A stretch of 32,000 nt of DNA, taken from contig NZ_AP023086.1 in NCBI RefSeq assembly GCF_021655555.1, positions 1,579,182-1,611,181 of the forward strand, given 5' to 3'. Below the pieces are notes generated by a model. The model ran no database searches. It worked only from the letters and a program-made list of their open reading frames with translations, and was not told where the DNA came from. Of this stretch, positions 26,040 through 32,000 are shown piece after piece. Each line of letters starts with the position of its first letter. Positions within the stretch are counted from its first letter, which is position 1. Source of the DNA: Marinagarivorans cellulosilyticus. Its GTDB lineage: Bacteria; Pseudomonadota; Gammaproteobacteria; Pseudomonadales; Cellvibrionaceae. Made by a program: the position numbers and the translations under genes.

Positions 26040-29000
26040 ATGGAGAGGATGATAGAGTCTAGAAAAATGGCTGGTAAAAATACGAGCCAATCAATGGTTG
26101 ATTATCTGATTAGGCGGATTGAAGTGATTACGAAATCGTCTATCACTAAATCTGATTTAAAAAAGAACATAATGGATTTAGGTGTTGACTCTATTGGCCT
26201 AGTGAATATTGTGGATGATATTAAAAAGGAATTCGATATTGACCTGCAACCCACAATATTCTTCGAGTATCAGAGTATTTCTGAATTATCAACATACTTG
26301 ATAGACGAAGTTGGAAGTGCTGATGCACCGGCAGCCGCTGCCAACGTTAAAGAGACATATTCGTATATCGAACAACCCGATAAAAAATTTGAATCTCAAG
26401 AATTGCAGAGTAGGAGAGGTCACGCTGCGTCGTTTGTTCGGGATGCCAGCGAAGGTGATTTGGAGGATCTGTTCAATGCTTTTCAGGGTGCTGAGGGCGG
26501 TTCTAATTACCAGGATGCGAGCAAAAGCTACGCAAAACCTAAAGTAAAAGCCGAATTGGAAGATATCGCGGTTATCGGAATGGCTGGTAAGTTTTCCGGC
26601 TCAGATAATGTGAATGAGTTCTGGGAAAATATATCTAGCCAGAAAGACTTATTTAGTAAGGTTCCTAGCGACAGATTTGATTACGCGCAGTGGGCATCAG
26701 AGAATTATGATCTGGCAGATAAAATATACTGCGATCGCGGGAGCTTCATTTCTGATGTAGATAAGTTTGACGCTTCTTTTTTTAATATTCCCCCAAAAGA
26801 AGCCGCGATCTTAGATCCTCAGCTCAGACTATTACTGCAAGTTATTTATGAATCGATAGAAGATGCTGGCTATGCAAATAAGATAAGGGGAACAAACACC
26901 GGTATGTATGTTGGTGCTTGTTTTCACGATTACGAACTAGAACTGGTAAGGAACATGGGCGAGATGAGCCCCTATTTTGGGACTGGTAATGCCCTCACAA
27001 TGTTGGCGAATCGACCATCCTTTTATTTGGATTTAAAAGGGCCGAGTTTACCTTTGGACACTGCTTGCTCAGCCTCGTTAGTTGCCGTTAACGCAGCGCT
27101 GCAAGCTTTAAGAAATGACGAATGTGAAATGGCTTTTGTTGCCGGTACTAATTTACTTCTGAGTCCGCTTCATTATCGATACTTTTGTGCCATTGGCGCA
27201 CTATCTAAATCTGGAAATAGCTTCCCTTTTGACTCTCGAGCCGACGGTTATTTGCCTGGGGAGGCCGTGGGGGCTGTTTTACTCAAGCCACTTGAAAAGG
27301 CAAAGCGTGATGGGGATGAGATCCACGCAGTCATTAAGAGCGCCGCTGTAAATCACGGTGGTTATAGTGCTTCGTTCACTGCGCCCAATGTTTCGCAAGA
27401 AGCCGCAGTGATTAAAAAAGCGCTGTACGCTGGTGGTATCCCCGCAGAAAGTATTTCCTATATTGAAGCGCATGGAACGGGCACCTCGCTCGGCGATCCA
27501 ATAGAAGTTCAGGGTTTAAAGCAAGCTTTTAAAGGCGTAAATACTGATATTGCGCAATGTGCCCTCGGGACCACCAAGGCTCATATTGGGCACGCTGAAG
27601 GTGCTGCAGGTATAGCTGGGCTAATTAAAGTGATATTAGCCATGAAAAATAAAACAATCCCTGCAATGCCTCACCTCGAAGAGATTAACCCCTATATCAA
27701 TATGGAAGGGTCCCCTCTGTACATCAATAGACAAAATAAAAAATGGGAAGCCAATAGCGGATTTCCTAGAAGAGCAGGAATTAGCTCCTTCGGTATCGGT
27801 GGTGCCTATGCGCATATTGTTGTAGAAGAGTACGAGCAAGAGGAAATTGCAAACACTGCGCCTGACGAAAAGGATTCGGTGTTTGTGCTTTCAGCACGAA
27901 GTGAAGAGGTTTTACGCTCCTATTCAAATAATATTGCTGACTATGTTGAGGAGCAGTATTTAGGGGGGGGCATTAGTGGCTTGTACTCACCGAGTAAACT
28001 TTCCGAGTTTATTTTATCTGAAACTGGCAAAGATATCCCGGAAACCAGCTACGACGAGCACCTATTGGATCTGGGCTTTGATATATATGATTATGTAAAA
28101 ATCGCCGATCGCCTTTCTCGTGAGATGAACTCCAATGTGAGCGCTCGAATTATTTCACTACACCCAACGCTCTTCAAATTGGCTAACTTTCTTTCTGGTT
28201 CAGAAAATGTTGAAACGCCAAGGGTACGAGTGAGTGATCTTGCTTACACCATGCAGGTGGGCAGAGAGGCTATGCCATATCGTTTGGCTATTGTTACACG
28301 CGACCACGAAACACTCATCGAAGAATTAAGAAGTTTCTCCAAAAATACTCAAAGTGGACAAGCCTGTTTTTATAATTTGGGCCAGAAATCCGATCAATGG
28401 AGTGAGCTACTAGAGACCCAAGAGGGTGAAGGGTTTCTAAAAACGCTACTGGAATCTGGTAATCAAACGCATCTAGCAAAGCTTTGGGTTAATGGCGTTG
28501 ACGTACCCTGGGGAAGCACCACTGCTGAAAAAAGACGACTGGTAAAGCTACCCTCTTACCCTTTCCAAAAAGTTCGCTTTTGGTATTCCGAAGAAGTAGC
28601 GGTACAGCCCAAAAATAAAGAAAAAATCATAAATATTGTTGATCAGGTACGCAAGAAAGAAACGACAGCGGATATCCTTAAAGATATATGGATGACGTAC
28701 TTGTCTGTGGAATCGATTAATGAGAATGATAATTTCATGGCGTTGGGTGGGACTTCAATTAATTCGACCCAAGTTGTGGTAGAAATCAACAGACGCTTCG
28801 ATACAAATATCACTGTCGGTGAATTTGGCCAATGCAAGGATTTGGGCGAGTTATCATCCATTGTTGAATCGCGCAAAAAGCCTGAGCGTGCTGATAGCTC
28901 TAGCGTCAGTACCCTAGTTCGGAGTATTACTTCCTCTAATAAAAAGCAAGGTAAGCTGAGTTCCGATCAGATGAGGCTTTGGGTTTTGTCCCAAATGTAT

Positions 29001-32000
29001 CCAAATAACCACCGTCATAATATTTCATCGGCGTATGAAATAACCGCCGCACTCAATCCGTCAATTCTTCAAGAATCAATGGATATTGTAGTAGCTACCC
29101 ACGGTTCAATAAGAACTCGTTTTGGCACCAAAGACGGTGTTCCTTATCAGGATATCGTCGATACATCCAAAATCAAAATTACATTCCACGACAATGTCCA
29201 GTCGAGAGCACAAGCCTTAGACATCATCAACGAAGCAGCAAAAAGACCTTTTGAACTCGACAAGGCAGAACTTGTTCGTGTGACGGTAATTAATGAAGGT
29301 GGCGTAGTAATTCTTTCAATCATTGCTCATCACATTATTGCAGATATTACGTCTGTCGATGTTATTGCGAAAGATCTAATTACTACCTACAGCGCGTTAA
29401 CAAACGGTAGCAAAGGTGAAAGTATTGACTTAGGCCGTGCACAATTTCTAGACTATATTTCCTTGTCTGCGGATTCCAAAATAAAGACGAAGTCTCAGGA
29501 CATTAGTTTTTGGAGGGAGTATCTAAAAGATGCACCTAACGAGATTACCTTGCCTTTCGACAGCCCGCGCGGTGAAAGTCACTCTCATAATTCCAAGCAG
29601 CTTCACTTTGAACTGGGTAAGGAGCACGTTAACTTGGTGCGCAATACCGCCAAGTCACTATCAATTACTCCTTTTATATTAACCTATTCGGTTTTTAACG
29701 TCGTATTTTCGGAATTGTGCCAACAGCACGACTTCCTTATCGGGGTGCCAAACGCGAATAGGCATTTACCCGATAGCCAAGATATGGTTGGTTTTTTGGC
29801 GAATACTTTGGTCTTAAGGTCTAAGGTTACTCAAGAACAAGACTTCGAGTCTTATACCAAGGATGTTAAAAATGATCTTTATAATGTCTTTGACCATCAA
29901 AATATGGGGTTTGGTGATATTGCCGCGGAACTGAAAGTCCCATCACCTAAAAACCATAATCCAATGTTTCAAATACTCTTCAATATGATTAATCGCGATG
30001 AGTATTTACTGCAAGAAAATGGAATTAGCCTAAAAACCCTCCCGATTCCATTGGTCACCCTAGATTTTGATATTCTATTTTCGGTGGATATCATGGGGGA
30101 GCGTTTGCGTGTCTCCATGGATTTCGATTCGGATCTATTTGAGACAAAAACTGTAGAATCGATTTTAAACGCTTTTGAGCTTGCGCTTGGATACACCCTT
30201 GATATCTTAAGCCGAGGCGAAAGCCTGGTTTGTTCTTCGATTGGCGCACTGTGCAAACTGTGTGACACGAAGGAAAATGAGCGAAATGAGGAAGGAAAAT
30301 TACTCATTTCATCTACCTTTACGGCTGAGCCGCTGTCCGAAACGCTTAATTTTTGGCTGGATAAAGTCGGCTTAAACCTAGGCCTCGACTATGCGCCTTA
30401 CAACCAGGTGTTTCAGCAACTACTTGATCCTTCGCAAGGCTTATACAGTAACCCGAAGGGCGTGAATACTGTTCTGGTCCGTTTAGATGATTGGCTGCGC
30501 TTCAATCGACAGAATAGTTCCGTCGGCTCCGTTGATGAAGAGTTAAATCGAATTCTTGATGATTTCGAAAAAGCGCTGATTCAATATGGAAGTTCAGTTT
30601 CCACTGCGCTCGTGGTAGTGCTGCTGCCCACGAATCAGGAAAATTCTAAAGAGCATTTGCTTCGTGAAAGGGTGGAAAAAGTCGCCAGCGGTTTTAGCAA
30701 TATCAATGTCCTAGGGAGCGACGAGATAGACGCCTATTACTCTGTCGACGAAAAGTTTGACTCAGTTGCAGACAGCGTTGGTCACGTGCCCTTTACATCT
30801 AGCTATTTTTCGGCGATTGGTACCGCACTTGTACGCAGCGTTAGGTCGCACTTTCTCAGTCCGTATAAAGTGATTGTAGTCGATTGTGATAACACGCTAT
30901 GGAAGGGGGTCGTTGGTGAACTCGGCTGTGAGGGAATCCAAATTGACCCCGCACGCCAAAAATTACAAGAGTTTCTAGTCGAGCAGAAAAATGCGGGTGT
31001 TTTATTGTGTGTTGCCAGTAAAAATGTCGAGGAGGATGTTGCTTCCGTATTTGGTCAGCGAACAGATATGCCACTTAAGTCAGACGACGTTGTTCTTTGG
31101 AAGGTTAATTGGGACGCGAAATCAAAGAATATCATTGAGATGTCTAACGAGCTTAATTTGGGTTTGGATAGCTTCGTCTTTATTGATGACAACCCAATTG
31201 AGTGTGCGGAAGTATCTGCCGCTTTACCCCAAGTATTAACCATTCAATTCCCTCAAGAATCGAAAGAGATTGAGTCCATGTTGAATTCGCTTTGGGACCT
31301 AGACCGTAAAGGGGTCTCAGGGGAAGACTCGAAGCGTACTGACCTTTATCAGCAGAATATTAAACGCGATAAAGCCTTAAAGAATTCTAGCTCTTTTCAG
31401 GATTTCATCGATAGCTTGGAGCTTCAAATTGATTTTCAGCCGGTCGATGACAGCACTATAGGGCGCGTAAGCCAGCTGTTTTTGCGTACCAACCAATTTA
31501 ATGCGACAACCCGGCGGCACAGTCAATCGCAGTTGGAACAGATGATTCGAGATCGCGGTTACGAATGCACGACGGTCTCGGTAAAGGATCGGTTTGGAGA
31601 ATACGGTTTAGTTGGCGTTTTGCTGTATAGCTTTAATAAAGATTGTGTTGTTCTCGATAGTTTTTTGCTGAGCTGTCGTGTGCTAGGTAAGGGCGTTGAG
31701 CACCGAATGATCAATGAGGTGGCAAAGAAGGCATCTCAAAGAAGCGTGGCAAGTGTGCAACTGGACTTTGTTGAAACCGAAAAAAATATTCCAATTAAGA
31801 AGTTTTACGATTCAATAAAGCCTTCTAGCTGGGATCCCCAGGAGCACAAGTACCTCATTAAGGTTGAAGATGCGTTGCGCTTTAAGTTTAATCCAGAGTT
31901 TAAATCGCAGGATGTTAACGAACAACCTAAGGTAATTGAAACTTTCAATAATAAATCACCCGTCGAAATGGCTGAGGTGGCCTTAAATCTCAATTCTATC
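26040..32000 (+). CDS. Hybrid trans-AT PKS / NRPS megasynthase, 5' part (open at the right edge): ACP, KS, flank with Ser-less carrier-like insert, T, C, FkbH-like
   Basis: Not in the ORF track because it has no stop in the window. My codon-by-codon translation from ATG 26040 (AGGA 7 nt upstream; ATG 26049 and 26067 are alternatives) is open for 1987 codons to nt 32000. ACP about 26090-26310 (MDLGVDSIG, Ser 26190-26192). KS3 26559-27835 (DTACSAS with Cys 27066-27068, EAHGTGT, KAHIGH). Flank 27840-28590 (LAYTMQVGREAMPYR...LPSYPFQKVRFW). T 28650-28870 (FMALGGTSI, Ser 28755-28757). C 28955-30250 (AHHIIAD 29328-29345). FkbH-like 30290 to beyond 32000 (VVDCDNTLWKG with Asp 30882-30884; FIDDNP; LLSCRVLGKG with Cys 31674-31676). 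Confidence 0.9.
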   Translation, partial: MERMIESRKMAGKNTSQSMVDYLIRRIEVITKSSITKSDLKKNIMDLGVDSIGLVNIVDDIKKEFDIDLQPTIFFEYQSISELSTYLIDEVGSADAPAAAANVKETYSYIEQPDKKFESQELQSRRGHAASFVRDASEGDLEDLFNAFQGAEGGSNYQDASKSYAKPKVKAELEDIAVIGMAGKFSGSDNVNEFWENISSQKDLFSKVPSDRFDYAQWASENYDLADKIYCDRGSFISDVDKFDASFFNIPPKEAAILDPQLRLLLQVIYESIEDAGYANKIRGTNTGMYVGACFHDYELELVRNMGEMSPYFGTGNALTMLANRPSFYLDLKGPSLPLDTACSASLVAVNAALQALRNDECEMAFVAGTNLLLSPLHYRYFCAIGALSKSGNSFPFDSRADGYLPGEAVGAVLLKPLEKAKRDGDEIHAVIKSAAVNHGGYSASFTAPNVSQEAAVIKKALYAGGIPAESISYIEAHGTGTSLGDPIEVQGLKQAFKGVNTDIAQCALGTTKAHIGHAEGAAGIAGLIKVILAMKNKTIPAMPHLEEINPYINMEGSPLYINRQNKKWEANSGFPRRAGISSFGIGGAYAHIVVEEYEQEEIANTAPDEKDSVFVLSARSEEVLRSYSNNIADYVEEQYLGGGISGLYSPSKLSEFILSETGKDIPETSYDEHLLDLGFDIYDYVKIADRLSREMNSNVSARIISLHPTLFKLANFLSGSENVETPRVRVSDLAYTMQVGREAMPYRLAIVTRDHETLIEELRSFSKNTQSGQACFYNLGQKSDQWSELLETQEGEGFLKTLLESGNQTHLAKLWVNGVDVPWGSTTAEKRRLVKLPSYPFQKVRFWYSEEVAVQPKNKEKIINIVDQVRKKETTADILKDIWMTYLSVESINENDNFMALGGTSINSTQVVVEINRRFDTNITVGEFGQCKDLGELSSIVESRKKPERADSSSVSTLVRSITSSNKKQGKLSSDQMRLWVLSQMYPNNHRHNISSAYEITAALNPSILQESMDIVVATHGSIRTRFGTKDGVPYQDIVDTSKIKITFHDNVQSRAQALDIINEAAKRPFELDKAELVRVTVINEGGVVILSIIAHHIIADITSVDVIAKDLITTYSALTNGSKGESIDLGRAQFLDYISLSADSKIKTKSQDISFWREYLKDAPNEITLPFDSPRGESHSHNSKQLHFELGKEHVNLVRNTAKSLSITPFILTYSVFNVVFSELCQQHDFLIGVPNANRHLPDSQDMVGFLANTLVLRSKVTQEQDFESYTKDVKNDLYNVFDHQNMGFGDIAAELKVPSPKNHNPMFQILFNMINRDEYLLQENGISLKTLPIPLVTLDFDILFSVDIMGERLRVSMDFDSDLFETKTVESILNAFELALGYTLDILSRGESLVCSSIGALCKLCDTKENERNEEGKLLISSTFTAEPLSETLNFWLDKVGLNLGLDYAPYNQVFQQLLDPSQGLYSNPKGVNTVLVRLDDWLRFNRQNSSVGSVDEELNRILDDFEKALIQYGSSVSTALVVVLLPTNQENSKEHLLRERVEKVASGFSNINVLGSDEIDAYYSVDEKFDSVADSVGHVPFTSSYFSAIGTALVRSVRSHFLSPYKVIVVDCDNTLWKGVVGELGCEGIQIDPARQKLQEFLVEQKNAGVLLCVASKNVEEDVASVFGQRTDMPLKSDDVVLWKVNWDAKSKNIIEMSNELNLGLDSFVFIDDNPIECAEVSAALPQVLTIQFPQESKEIESMLNSLWDLDRKGVSGEDSKRTDLYQQNIKRDKALKNSSSFQDFIDSLELQIDFQPVDDSTIGRVSQLFLRTNQFNATTRRHSQSQLEQMIRDRGYECTTVSVKDRFGEYGLVGVLLYSFNKDCVVLDSFLLSCRVLGKGVEHRMINEVAKKASQRSVASVQLDFVETEKNIPIKKFYDSIKPSSWDPQEHKYLIKVEDALRFKFNPEFKSQDVNEQPKVIETFNNKSPVEMAEVALNLNSI
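27963..27970. repeat. G8 homopolymer inside the megasynthase coding sequence
   Basis: Direct count: tta ggg ggg ggc, encoding L-G-G-G. Confidence 0.95.

Noticed and set aside
26311-31993. Track ORFs 26311-26547 (+) and the minus-strand ORFs between 27279 and 31993
   Set aside because: They are out of frame with, or antisense to, the open-ended 26040+ megasynthase frame, which carries ACP/KS/T/C/FkbH motifs throughout.
1-32000. Search for tRNA, rRNA, CRISPR arrays, integrase or transposase genes, and AT/TE domains
   Set aside because: I recognised none while reading both strands. There are no repeat-spacer periodicity, no cloverleaf-like segments, no DDE or tyrosine-recombinase motifs, and no GHSxG or GxSxG-type AT/TE motifs. 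Absence by eye is weak evidence, so tRNAscan, Infernal and HMM scans should confirm it.

Overview
Gram-negative chromosomal window in three parts. (1) Left flank, 1-3300: the N-terminal part of a beta-propeller sensor gene, a zinc-ribbon/YbjQ-like gene, and a heavily decayed glutaminase relic that fills an apparently empty 1.3-kb gap. (2) 3378-8569: four same-strand genes, three of them for exported proteins (dihaem cytochrome-c-like protein, cytoplasmic flavodoxin-like FMN reductase, two MBL-fold hydrolases), followed by a convergent LysR-family regulator. (3) 9969 to the right edge: an uncharacterised-looking hybrid NRPS / trans-AT polyketide synthase locus. It opens with an 11.4-kb gene with the domain order F, half-C, A(Gly-like code), PCP, KS, DH, KR, ACP, ACP, KS, DH-like. 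That gene ends in the middle of a module. Next come a roughly 200-bp MITE-like element, an RND/MMPL permease fused in frame to a LolA-like periplasmic domain, and an outer-membrane beta-barrel gene. The assembly line then resumes in a second megasynthase gene that is missing from the ORF track because it has no stop in the window (26040 to beyond 32000). Its order is ACP, KS, serine-less carrier-like insert, T, C, FkbH. No AT or TE domain is visible, so the cluster continues past the right edge. Smaller observations: a G11 tract upstream of an MBL gene, a G8 tract inside the second megasynthase, a 50-nt block shared between the two main intergenic regions of the locus, a near-consensus promoter with a long leader, and a dyad next to the LysR start. 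All calls come from reading motifs by eye. No database search or HMM was run.
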